From NCBI GenBank assembly GCA_033763315.1, contig JANRKS010000032.1, positions 224,001 to 288,000 of the forward strand: a DNA stretch of 64,000 nt. Direction: 5' to 3'. Every line of letters begins with the position of its first letter. Positions within the stretch are counted from its first letter, which is position 1. This stretch comes from Deltaproteobacteria bacterium. Its GTDB lineage: Bacteria > Myxococcota_A > Polyangia > Fen-1088. The translations under genes and the position numbers were made by a program. Shown one piece after another: positions 38,027-47,274 of this stretch. The notes beneath the pieces were generated by a model. That model searched no databases, was not told the DNA's origin, and saw only the letters and a program-made list of their open reading frames with translations.

Positions 38027-38287
38027 GGCAGTTTCCTTACGCGGGCTTTTCGTTCGGAAGCTTACGGTTGCGACTTAAGACGAAATCACATGCCGGACGC
38101 GGTTTTTCCGAACGCCAACGCAGTGTAGAGGAGCGGTTGTAACGGGACTGCCAAAGCTGTGTTGCTATTGAGTAAAGCATTGCAAAAACACGGAAAAACA
38201 CCGCAGAACTTGCGCACGCGTGTAGGCAAAGGAAGGCCTTGGCGCACGTTGCCGCCTGGTGAAGATCGTTGTAGGTGGCGCTGCAAT

Positions 38288-40261
38288 ATGTTTACTCGCG
38301 AACGTGGAAGCCGTTGGTGTGGGGTGTTTATGGTCTTGAGCATGGCCGTGGCGTGCTCACTGCCTCCTGACGAGGAGGAGGATCTCGCTGCCTCTGAAGC
38401 CCTCGAAAGTGGAGGCGCGGGTGGCGCCGGGGCGGTCGGCGGCGACACGCCCTCGGGCGGCGGCGGAAGTTTCGTCGGCACGGGTGGAGCGGGCACCGGG
38501 GGGGGCTCTGGCGGCACAGCAGGCTCTGGCGGCACAGCAGGCGGAGGCGGCACAGCAGGCGGAGGCACGGCGGGTGGCGGCGCCGGAGGCACGAGTACCA
38601 CTGGTGGCGTCGACATCGACGTTGATCGAAACCGCAACGACAGGGTCGACGACCTCATCGACGATCCGGACGAAGAGCTTCCCATTAAATTTGTGGAACG
38701 CTTGGGGGCGCTTGTTCTGGTCAACTGCGACAGCGATGTGGGACGCACGGCGCGTGACATGGAGGACTTCGACATCGCGGGAGCCGACGACCTGCAGGAT
38801 CTTTCGCCGTTGTCGCTTGAACTCAAAGAAGATCTCAAGCCCAGCGAAGAATTGTGGCTGGTGCTCAAGTCGAAATCTGCTGACGGCAAACTTTGGATCA
38901 ACGTCCTCGATTCGTGGGGTGGCAAGGACAAAGTTTTGGTGGGACCTACGCCTCACGTCGCCGAAGTCAGGCTCGACAACCTTTCTATCGAAGGCAGCGC
39001 CGTCATCTTTCCGGGCGGAACCAAACAGCGCTACAACGACCGCTTTTACATTGAAGGGCTCAACTTCAACAAAGAGATGGAGTTGACCCTCGAAATTCGC
39101 GGCGGCGCGTCTGAAATCAAAGACGTTGTACGCGTGCGGACCACGCCTTGGCTGGCAAACAACAACACGCAGCCTCTGGCGACACCTGCGGCGTGGTCCA
39201 TCCCCGCGAATTTGGCGAATTCAGACTCATACAGGTTCTTGCAAGCGCACGGCGCCACAATGCAAAGCGCGGGTACGGCCCTCGAATTCGTTCAAGACTC
39301 AGTTGAATGGGGTTTTCAGGTGCGACGACGCAACGATGTTCCTGGCTTCTCCCGAGCCATGATCACAGGCTTGCGCTTGTATTCTAAGTGGGAAGACAAA
39401 CACCCTCTCACCCAGTACCTAAGCGCTAAAGTGGGCGTCTATGGCTATGCGACTACGGGCAACAGCGCTGTGTCTTTTGAGCCTTACATTGATCCACCAC
39501 ATTTTACCGATGGCAGTGGCGATCAAGGCGGAAACCTAGAGTGTCTGCCTCCCTCTGTCGCATTTCCCTTCGGTCGCTTGGTTTATGGCGACACGATGTC
39601 GACTGTGCTCCGCGATTTTCTGGCGGCCCAAGAAGTGCAGACCTCGGGTGCGGGCCCTGTGGTGCTGCCCGTGAGCAAGCTAAGCCTGGCGCATGTCGAT
39701 GAGGTCCTGTTTATCGCGCCTGCCAAGAATGCTTACATTGTTGGCATGCCCGATTGGGTGCTGGGTTCCAAGCTCATGGGGAGGTCGAAGAGCGTTCAAC
39801 ACAACGTTCGTCTGGTCGCTCAAGGCGCGAACGATCTTGCCACCTACGGCGACATTCTAAAGTGGCTCAAGAAAGACGGGCAAGCCACGGACAAGTTGTT
39901 CAGCGGCACACTCATCGGGATGCAAAATCAAATCGCAGGTGCCGGTGCGCCCGTGGTGAAGTTGCCCGGACTGTTTTTGGAGGCCGCGGGCGATGTCATG
40001 AATTCTGACAGCCTGCGGGGCTTTCCACGCAACATTGCCAACAGCCAGCCCACCGTGCCTGGCAAATTGGTGGTGTCAGCCCCTCCCAACCAAACAGTAG
40101 GTAAGCAAAAGGAATCCGAGAGCCTCTTCTTACAGGAATGGAAGAAGCTCTTGAAGGCGCAAGGCATCGCCGCCGAGCCTGAGAACATGCGTACGGCGTG
40201 GCTAAAGGGCGGCGAAGCTCATTGTTCGTCGAACACGTTGCGCGAGCCAATTCGTAAGTAG
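38288..40261 (+). CDS. Protein-arginine deiminase (animal PADI-type fold), predicted lipoprotein
   Basis: Lipobox AVAC and Gly linker; GALVLVNCDSD, FVQDSVEWG, GNLECLPP..PFGRLVYG, FLAAQEVQ, AHVDE and GEAHCSSN match PADI motifs. Confidence 0.85.
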   Translation: MFTRERGSRWCGVFMVLSMAVACSLPPDEEEDLAASEALESGGAGGAGAVGGDTPSGGGGSFVGTGGAGTGGGSGGTAGSGGTAGGGGTAGGGTAGGGAGGTSTTGGVDIDVDRNRNDRVDDLIDDPDEELPIKFVERLGALVLVNCDSDVGRTARDMEDFDIAGADDLQDLSPLSLELKEDLKPSEELWLVLKSKSADGKLWINVLDSWGGKDKVLVGPTPHVAEVRLDNLSIEGSAVIFPGGTKQRYNDRFYIEGLNFNKEMELTLEIRGGASEIKDVVRVRTTPWLANNNTQPLATPAAWSIPANLANSDSYRFLQAHGATMQSAGTALEFVQDSVEWGFQVRRRNDVPGFSRAMITGLRLYSKWEDKHPLTQYLSAKVGVYGYATTGNSAVSFEPYIDPPHFTDGSGDQGGNLECLPPSVAFPFGRLVYGDTMSTVLRDFLAAQEVQTSGAGPVVLPVSKLSLAHVDEVLFIAPAKNAYIVGMPDWVLGSKLMGRSKSVQHNVRLVAQGANDLATYGDILKWLKKDGQATDKLFSGTLIGMQNQIAGAGAPVVKLPGLFLEAAGDVMNSDSLRGFPRNIANSQPTVPGKLVVSAPPNQTVGKQKESESLFLQEWKKLLKAQGIAAEPENMRTAWLKGGEAHCSSNTLREPIRK

Positions 40262-40284
40262 GAGTCAAGCTCGATCCTGCGTTC

Positions 40285-40322
40285 GCAGCCTTGACGGCGT
40301 TCAAATCGCCGTCGTTGGCTGC
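40285..40322. other. Intergenic hairpin between PAD and the next gene
   Basis: GCAGCC-TT-GACGGCG ... CGCCGTC-GTT-GGCTGC. Confidence 0.45.
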
Positions 40323-40405
40323 CGCGCGGGTGAGTTTCTTAATGTGGCTGATCGAAATGCCGATGACCGCACCCTGACGGTCTCGAACCGTCCCAATCTC
40401 GAAGG

Positions 40406-42508
40406 ATGGGTATGGTTCACATTTCGCGACCGCACTGTATGTCTCTTTTGCTTATCGCCTCCGTGTGGGGATTGGGAGCATGCGATTCTGACCCGGCGGT
40501 CTGTGCCGTTGATGACGCCGGAGTCACGCTGCCTGACGCCGAACCTCCGCCCGAATCGAATGGAACGCAGACCGTTACGACGCAGGAGAAGCTGCCCAAA
40601 AGCTTCGTCCTCGACGATTCGCTTGAACTTCAGGTGCAATCAGGACGATGGACAACCACCACGCAATACGATGGGAGTTACCAGCCTGCGCAGCCCAGGG
40701 GCTCGCAAATTAACATCAGCGGCACTGTAAGCCTCAAGGCAGGGCCCTACGCCTACTCCCTCAATGGTGCCAGCATCAACATCAACAGTTTCAGTTACCC
40801 CCGCGCTGGCTATCGTGCCGACTACTTGTATGGCTACGCGCGGGTCACAATGCCGGCGCTCCACACGTTTTCGGGAATCAACAGCCCGTTGACGGCTCAG
40901 CTGGGGTTCGGTGAAGGATCCAGTTCTACGCTCAAGGCCTTGGGGATGCCGTTGGCGCCCTCGCGCCACTACTTCTATTTCACCACCACCGCTGGTCTTT
41001 CGTCGTCGTTTGGCACGGGCCCGTTTAGCGCGGACACCAGCCGCACAACCACGGTGATCGTGGACCCGAAGGATCCCGCGTTCTTTGTCGCAGGTCCCAT
41101 GGGGCCTATCTCGGCCGTCGCGTTGTCAGAAAAATCACTGATTCCTTTCAACGCGCAAACGCAGTGGGGGTTCGACACGCCCACCGATGAGTTTCCTTCG
41201 TTTAGCGGTCAAAGCTACATTGCCGGCGAAGTGTCACTGGAAGAGATCCCGATTACGGTCAGTGGCAACGTCACCACAAAATTCGTGAACTGGGATGGAC
41301 AAAGTGCGCTCGACAAAAAACTGTTCGAGCACACCCTGGGCATCAATGGTTCGTTCAACCTAGGATGGGATTTCTTGGACGGGCTGTTTCGCTTGGAGGT
41401 GCCTTTGTCGAAGGCTTCGCTTTACATGGCGTCCACCGTTCATCCCTACAAGGTGAATGCGGCTGTCAGTGGAACGGCTGGCACCGCCACGTTCATGCCT
41501 TCGTGGCTGCCTGTGCTGATGAGTGCCAACAGCAACTTCGCGGGTTACCTGGACACATCGGATGTTTCACGAAACCACATCGATGGCATGAGCGACATCA
41601 CGCTGAAGGCGTCGACCCTCGGCAAGGTCATCGGCATCGATATGAAGGACATCACGATGCAAAACGGCACGTACCACGTCGACAAGATGGGGTTCCGATA
41701 CAACGGCGAAGGCGTTGTTTCGGTGATCCCGTTCATCGAATCCACCAGCTACCGCGTTACGGCGTGTTTTGGCGGTGATACCAAGGCGTGTTTATCCGAC
41801 GATCAAACAGGTACGCCCGTTATGGGGTCCAAGGATTGGCTGTTGCGGCTGGAGGGGGATGCGTCTGTGTTCAACGTGCCTCTTTTGAACGCCACCACCA
41901 TGGCGAGCCCGCAAGGGATTTCGGTTGCAGCCACGTTCAAGACGCAGGGTCAGCGCGTGGCCATCACGGGGGCGCTGACCCCCGGACCGACGCCTGCGTC
42001 ACCGCACGTTGCTTTGACGGGGACCGCATCGTTTAGCCTTCCCCTCATCGGAATCAATGAGATTTTGGCAACCGCCGTGGCCGATGGCAGTTGCGGCTAT
42101 GACAAGATCACCGACGCCGCCAAATGCGGTTACAACCTTCTGAGTCAGGTGGGTGACATTTGCGGCGCCCCCCACTGCTCTTGGTCGTGGAAGCATGGCC
42201 TCAGGTGTAAGGCGATTTCTTGCCAAGTGAAGGTGGCGAAGACGTGCAACGGCTTAGCGAAAAAATGCCCCCCACCAAACGATGACCTCGGCAGGATCGA
42301 CGGCTCCGTTGCGCTCACAATCAACGAGCAAGGGATGTCTGGAAAAATGACGGGGCGGTTCTGCCCCGTGGGCAATGGCTCGTGCTCGTCGTTGTCAGAA
42401 GTTGGGACTTTGGATTTTTCGCAGATATCGAATCCAAAGATCTGCATCAACAGCAACGAGATCTCGTCAACGCTTCCTATTGGAAAGAAGTTCTGTGTGT
42501 CCTTCTAA
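40406..42508 (+). CDS. Hypothetical beta-rich lipoprotein with Cys-rich C-terminal region
   Basis: Lipobox LGAC; 700-aa ORF; CGYDKITDAAKCG..C..C cluster. No family recognised. Confidence 0.75.
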   Translation: MGMVHISRPHCMSLLLIASVWGLGACDSDPAVCAVDDAGVTLPDAEPPPESNGTQTVTTQEKLPKSFVLDDSLELQVQSGRWTTTTQYDGSYQPAQPRGSQINISGTVSLKAGPYAYSLNGASININSFSYPRAGYRADYLYGYARVTMPALHTFSGINSPLTAQLGFGEGSSSTLKALGMPLAPSRHYFYFTTTAGLSSSFGTGPFSADTSRTTTVIVDPKDPAFFVAGPMGPISAVALSEKSLIPFNAQTQWGFDTPTDEFPSFSGQSYIAGEVSLEEIPITVSGNVTTKFVNWDGQSALDKKLFEHTLGINGSFNLGWDFLDGLFRLEVPLSKASLYMASTVHPYKVNAAVSGTAGTATFMPSWLPVLMSANSNFAGYLDTSDVSRNHIDGMSDITLKASTLGKVIGIDMKDITMQNGTYHVDKMGFRYNGEGVVSVIPFIESTSYRVTACFGGDTKACLSDDQTGTPVMGSKDWLLRLEGDASVFNVPLLNATTMASPQGISVAATFKTQGQRVAITGALTPGPTPASPHVALTGTASFSLPLIGINEILATAVADGSCGYDKITDAAKCGYNLLSQVGDICGAPHCSWSWKHGLRCKAISCQVKVAKTCNGLAKKCPPPNDDLGRIDGSVALTINEQGMSGKMTGRFCPVGNGSCSSLSEVGTLDFSQISNPKICINSNEISSTLPIGKKFCVSF

Positions 42509-44669
42509 GAAATATGCAGCACGCTTTGCCGTCTTCGGATGGGTGGCGGTTGGGTTAATGGCGTGCACCGCCTCCGAGCCCACGCCGAACGCCCACATCG
42601 CGATTGTTATAGGGAGCCCTGGCACCAAGTCTGCGGCCTTGCGGCCCGTGTATGATTGGGCGATTGCCGCTGTCAATGATCGAGGCGGCGCGGGCCGCCG
42701 CAAGCTTGAGGCGAAATACTTCGACCTCACGGATCCAGTTGTCGCATCGCCCTCGGCACAGGAGGCGTTGGCCGCACAGATATTGGCGGACCCAGATTTG
42801 GTCGCCGTTGCGGGCCTCTTCTCGTTCGCCATGGCGCCCAAGTTTGTGGCGGCGCGTGTTCCCTATATATCTCCCGAAACGGGCGACGATGACGTGTTTC
42901 GAGCGTTTTCGGCGGGCGGGTATGTCTGGCGTACGCTTGAGTCAGACAGCACGCAGCTGTGGTTCATGCTTGCCGAAGCCAAAGGCCGCGGTGAGAAAAG
43001 TATGCAACCTACAACCAGCGTGGGGCTGCTGACGAGCACCGATCCCTACGGGGACACGTTCTTCGACTGGTACGGGTTTCATGCCACGGAACTTGGTCTG
43101 AAGGCTTTGCCTCCCGTGCAATACGATCAAAGCACGGGAACATGTGAACCAGCCGTAGATCGATTGTTATCGCAAGGCACACCGGATTTTCTCATCGCTG
43201 TGCCTAGTGGCCCCGATCCGGTGTTTCAGGCCACGTGCATTGTCCGCACTATGAAGGCGCTGGCGCCGACAACGAAGGTTTTGTTGGCCAATTCCGCACA
43301 CGTTCCCTCGCTTATCACGTCCCTTGGAGCCGACGCCGAAGGCTTGTCAGGCTTCAGCGCGGCGCCGGATCCCAACGCGGGATTTGCCGAAGCCTTCACA
43401 AAGTTCACAAAGCTTGACCAGGCGCCCGAGTATGCCGCCAACACGTTGGACGCGATCGCCTTGCTTGCCTACGGCCTTGAGAAGTCGCGTGGCAGGGGGG
43501 GCAAGGATTTGGATCTGGCGATGCGATCTGTGGTCAGCGGCCAAGGCGAGAAAACCACGTGGCAGGCGTTCGACCAAACCTTGGCGTTGATTCGCGACGG
43601 GCAGAGCCCGGACGTCTCCGGCGCTTCGGGGCCGCTCTCCTTCGACAAAGACGTTTATACCGATCCAACCTCGTCCTTCTACGATCGTTGGGAGGTGCAA
43701 GGCGGCGCTTTCAAGATCACGCATCACGTGACCACCGCCACCGAAGCGAGTCCGAATGTGTCGTCGCAGTCCGCTGTGGCGCGCGGGCTCAAGGCGATGA
43801 ATGTGCAGGCGATGGTGGGCTCTGGGGGCACGGCCAACCTGCCACCGGTTGCCAACAACTGGGCGTTGGTGATTGCCACATCGGCCACCTGGAAGAACTA
43901 CCGCCATCAAGCCGACGCTTTGGCACACTACCAGGCGCTTCGGGCCAATGGATTTGACGATGACCACGTTGTTCTGATCACTGTGGATGATTTGGCCGAC
44001 GCGCCTGAGAACATCCGCAAAGGACAGGTCATCAACGAGCCAGGCGGCGCCAATGTGCGCGGGGGCGCCGCGAATGATTATGTGGGAACGTCGCTTACGC
44101 CCAGCCAACTTATGACGGTGCTCGAAGGTGGAACCGATCCGGCTTTGCCGGTGGTCTTGCACAGCCAAGCCAATGACAACATTTATGTCTTTATCGTCGG
44201 CCACGGTGGCTTCGAGGGACCGTACCTGGGCATGGATGTGCGCGCGGCAGAGACGATTGATGAGGATAACTATCTTTCTCCCGAGCTGTTTGCCTCAACC
44301 GTGGCGCGCATGAAACAAAACCACCGCTTTCGTCGCATGCTGATTGCCGTGGACGCATGCCATTCAGGCGTGTTGGCGCCGGCCTTTGAGGCGATGGCGA
44401 TCCCTGACGTCGTTGTGTTTGCGGCCGCGAGCGACGCGGAGAGCTCGTTCTCAGCCAATTACGTCAGCGAGCTTGGGGTGTGGAGCGCTGACCAGTTTTC
44501 CTTCAACATGCTTAAGCAAGTGCGTAGCCCCAATGTTTCCATTCGTGAACTCTACACGCGGCTATACGAAGGCGTGGCGGGCTCTCACGTGCAGGTGGCC
44601 AACCAACAAAACTTCGGCGCCACCACGCAGATCATGCTGAGTGAGTTTGTGAAGCCCAACGCGCTCTAG
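42495..44669 (+). CDS. Type I periplasmic-binding-protein domain fused to C13 (legumain-like) peptidase, lipoprotein
   Basis: Lipobox LMAC. PBP-like motifs AIAAVNDRGG, WRTLESDSTQ, DAIALLA and GASGPLSFD; C13 motifs WALVIATS..NYRHQAD, VGHGG and DACHSG. GTG start overlaps the upstream stop. Confidence 0.85.
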   Translation: MCPSKKYAARFAVFGWVAVGLMACTASEPTPNAHIAIVIGSPGTKSAALRPVYDWAIAAVNDRGGAGRRKLEAKYFDLTDPVVASPSAQEALAAQILADPDLVAVAGLFSFAMAPKFVAARVPYISPETGDDDVFRAFSAGGYVWRTLESDSTQLWFMLAEAKGRGEKSMQPTTSVGLLTSTDPYGDTFFDWYGFHATELGLKALPPVQYDQSTGTCEPAVDRLLSQGTPDFLIAVPSGPDPVFQATCIVRTMKALAPTTKVLLANSAHVPSLITSLGADAEGLSGFSAAPDPNAGFAEAFTKFTKLDQAPEYAANTLDAIALLAYGLEKSRGRGGKDLDLAMRSVVSGQGEKTTWQAFDQTLALIRDGQSPDVSGASGPLSFDKDVYTDPTSSFYDRWEVQGGAFKITHHVTTATEASPNVSSQSAVARGLKAMNVQAMVGSGGTANLPPVANNWALVIATSATWKNYRHQADALAHYQALRANGFDDDHVVLITVDDLADAPENIRKGQVINEPGGANVRGGAANDYVGTSLTPSQLMTVLEGGTDPALPVVLHSQANDNIYVFIVGHGGFEGPYLGMDVRAAETIDEDNYLSPELFASTVARMKQNHRFRRMLIAVDACHSGVLAPAFEAMAIPDVVVFAAASDAESSFSANYVSELGVWSADQFSFNMLKQVRSPNVSIRELYTRLYEGVAGSHVQVANQQNFGATTQIMLSEFVKPNAL

Positions 44670-44799
44670 ACGGAACGGTCTGCCTGACGGCAAATGCTGA
44701 AAGATCCTCGGTGCCCGAGCGCACGGTTGCGGCTCAAATTGTCGATGCAAGCGTCGCCACCAATTGTTCCGCCATGGTCCAGCCGCCAGCGGCATCACG

Positions 44800-46092
44800 C
44801 TAAGGGCACGCCTTGATCGACTGGATCCATTCGTCGATGAGCTGCGTACCCAACGGATCGGGAACGGCGGTGCCGATCTGCGGCATGCGAACATTGCTGA
44901 CCTTGCTGTGCATGCGCACCGAGATCATCGAATGGGTTAATTCCCCGAACTGACCAACAGTGCTGTCTCCAGGCGTGAGCAGTTTGATGTTCTGGTACCC
45001 ATAATCGTTCTTGCTGGGAACCACATTGCAGATGCCCATCATCTTGAATGGCGTGTCGTAACGGAAATCTAGGGAAACCGCGTCCATGTTGGTGCGCGGG
45101 TCGATGGTTCCGCCTGGCTGGTGGCAATGTGAACAATTGGCGTGCAGATAAGAGCGTGCTCGCTGTTCGAGTGTGGCCCCCACTGTGTACACGGGCGTGG
45201 GCAAAGCTGGCAGCTTGGCGAGGTCGCCCGGAGCGGTCTCGAACACACCGATGTGGTCCAGCGTCTTTAGCTGGTTGGCACGTTTGCCCATGGGGTAATC
45301 GAACAGCCCATTGAACTGAAGCGTGTCTGGACCAAGCGATCGCCCAGCGGCTTCGGTATGGCAGGTGGCGCAGTTCGTGCGACTGGGGAACGTCCACTCG
45401 TTGTCGCCAAGAAAGCGTGAATCTGAGCCTTCGCCCAAGAGCTCGGCGTCTTTGCCAGCGTCATCCCACTTATAGGTATAGGCCCCCCACATGCCATCGC
45501 TGTGGCGGATCAGGAAGCGCGTTTCCAACATGACGCCATCGAGCGCGAACGACTTCAACAGAACTGTGCCGTTGGGAAAGTCGAAGTCGCCGTTGGTGGT
45601 GAAGCGAACCTTCTTGCCCTCGGGCAAAGCCATCCAACGATGCTTTTCTGCATTGTCGGACCACAGTGGGGACGCCACGCCATAAGGGATCAACCCGGGC
45701 GCGGGCTTGCGTGGGTCGGTTGCGTCAAAGCAGCCTGTGGCGCTGAGCTTTTTGGGGAAAGGATCGTTTGCCGCACCGGTGGGCCGGCCGGGATCCTTGC
45801 AGGTGGTGTTGGCGGGGCGGGTGTCTAGACCGAAATCAGCATTCGCAGGCAAAGGGGCACTGCCGGCCATGCCGCCGCCGCTGGCGCCACCGCTACCCCC
45901 TTGGTTCTTGCCGCCTGAACCGCCACTTGCGGGATCGCCGCCCTTGCCGCCCGCGGCAGGTTCCCCACCTTGGCCGGCCTCGCCACCGCCGTTGCCTCCT
46001 TGGGCGTCATCCGAGCCGCCGGATGACGAGCACGCCGTCACCACACTTACGCAGCCATAAAACAACGAACAGCGTAAAAACTTGCGGAACAT
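44800..46092 (-). CDS. SO2930-family diheme c-type cytochrome lipoprotein
   Basis: Lipobox VTAC; KLSATGCF, PLWSDNAEKHRW, FPNGTVLLKSF, ETRFLI; heme motifs CATCH and CSHCH; RMPQIG. Confidence 0.85.
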   Translation of the reverse strand: MFRKFLRCSLFYGCVSVVTACSSSGGSDDAQGGNGGGEAGQGGEPAAGGKGGDPASGGSGGKNQGGSGGASGGGMAGSAPLPANADFGLDTRPANTTCKDPGRPTGAANDPFPKKLSATGCFDATDPRKPAPGLIPYGVASPLWSDNAEKHRWMALPEGKKVRFTTNGDFDFPNGTVLLKSFALDGVMLETRFLIRHSDGMWGAYTYKWDDAGKDAELLGEGSDSRFLGDNEWTFPSRTNCATCHTEAAGRSLGPDTLQFNGLFDYPMGKRANQLKTLDHIGVFETAPGDLAKLPALPTPVYTVGATLEQRARSYLHANCSHCHQPGGTIDPRTNMDAVSLDFRYDTPFKMMGICNVVPSKNDYGYQNIKLLTPGDSTVGQFGELTHSMISVRMHSKVSNVRMPQIGTAVPDPLGTQLIDEWIQSIKACP

Positions 46093-46137
46093 CACAGCAA
46101 GATTAGCACAGGCGTTTTGTGTGCCATCATTGCATGC

Positions 46138-47271
46138 GTGTTCACGCGTAGACGCCTGTTAAAAATAGGGACCGCGGCCTCCTTAGGCATAGCTGCGGGG
46201 GCCGCCCGCGCCGCCGCTTCGCACGGTGTTTGGGATCCGTCGCGCGCGCGTGTCTGGCAACAACAGCAAGGCTGGTTGGTGGGGTGCAATTACATCCCCA
46301 GCAACGCTGTGAACCAGCTGGAGATGTGGCAGGCGGAGACGTTTAATCTGGCCACCATCAAGCGAGAGGTCGGCTGGGCCGCGAACCTCGGCTTCACCAG
46401 TGTGCGCGTGTTTTTGCATGATCTCCTGTGGGCACAAGATGCCCACGGTTTTACCGACCGGGTTGATGCGTTCCTTGACGTCTTGCACGCGCACAAGATG
46501 GGCGCGTTGCTGGTGTTGTTCGACAGCGTGTGGCACCCCCAGCCACATCTCGGCCCGCAGCCGCCGCCTAAGCCGTTCGTACACAACCCCGGTTGGGTGC
46601 AAAGCCCAGGCGCCGCGCTGTTGCAAGCGCCACGCGCACAACAACGAGTGCTGCTTCAGTATGTCAAAGGCATCGTTTCGCACTTCCGCAACGACAAGCG
46701 TGTGCATGGCTGGGACGTCTGGAATGAGCCTGACAACACGAACAGCGGCAGTTATGGCGAGCTTGAACCCAAAGATAAAGCGGGGCTTGTTTATCCCTTG
46801 TTGCAAGAGGTTTTCCTCTCAGCCCGCGCCGCGAAGCCAACCCAACCGCTGACAAGTGGCGTGTGGGATGGCAACTGGAAATCCGCGGGCACCTTGCAGC
46901 CGCTTGAGACGTTGATGGTGAAGAACTCAGACGTCATAAGCTTTCACTCCTACGGCAAGCCACAAGCGTTGGAGCAAAAGATCAATGAACTGCGCGCGTG
47001 GAAACGTCCCCTTCTGTGCACAGAATTTATGGCTCGCCCCGAAGGCAGCACATTCGAGCCGTGCTTGGAAATCCTCAAGCGCAACAACGTCGGCGCGTAT
47101 TGCTGGGGATTTGTGTCAGGAAAAACGCAAACGATTTATCCGTGGGACTCATGGAAGCGCCCGTATCGCGAGCTTCCAAAGCAATGGTTCCACGACGTTT
47201 TGAATGCTGATGGCACACCTTATGATCCGGCCGAGGTGACGTACATCAAGCGTGTGACGGCAAAGGGCTAA
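46138..47271 (+). CDS. GH5-like (clan A) glycoside hydrolase, Tat-exported
   Basis: TRRRLL Tat signal; GCNYIPSNAVNQLEMW, WDVWNEP (acid/base), ISFHSY, LCTEFMAR (nucleophile), WGFVSGKTQT. Confidence 0.85.
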   Translation: MFTRRRLLKIGTAASLGIAAGAARAAASHGVWDPSRARVWQQQQGWLVGCNYIPSNAVNQLEMWQAETFNLATIKREVGWAANLGFTSVRVFLHDLLWAQDAHGFTDRVDAFLDVLHAHKMGALLVLFDSVWHPQPHLGPQPPPKPFVHNPGWVQSPGAALLQAPRAQQRVLLQYVKGIVSHFRNDKRVHGWDVWNEPDNTNSGSYGELEPKDKAGLVYPLLQEVFLSARAAKPTQPLTSGVWDGNWKSAGTLQPLETLMVKNSDVISFHSYGKPQALEQKINELRAWKRPLLCTEFMARPEGSTFEPCLEILKRNNVGAYCWGFVSGKTQTIYPWDSWKRPYRELPKQWFHDVLNADGTPYDPAEVTYIKRVTAKG

Positions 47272-47274
47272 GCC

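Noticed and set aside
38083-38097. Possible sigma-54 promoter for the CBS gene (CGGCATGTGATTTCG, minus strand)
   Set aside because: The -12 GC dinucleotide is not conserved.
38498-38505. G8 tracts (here and at 7539-7546) as phase-variation switches
   Set aside because: They are short, in frame and explained by consecutive Gly codons.
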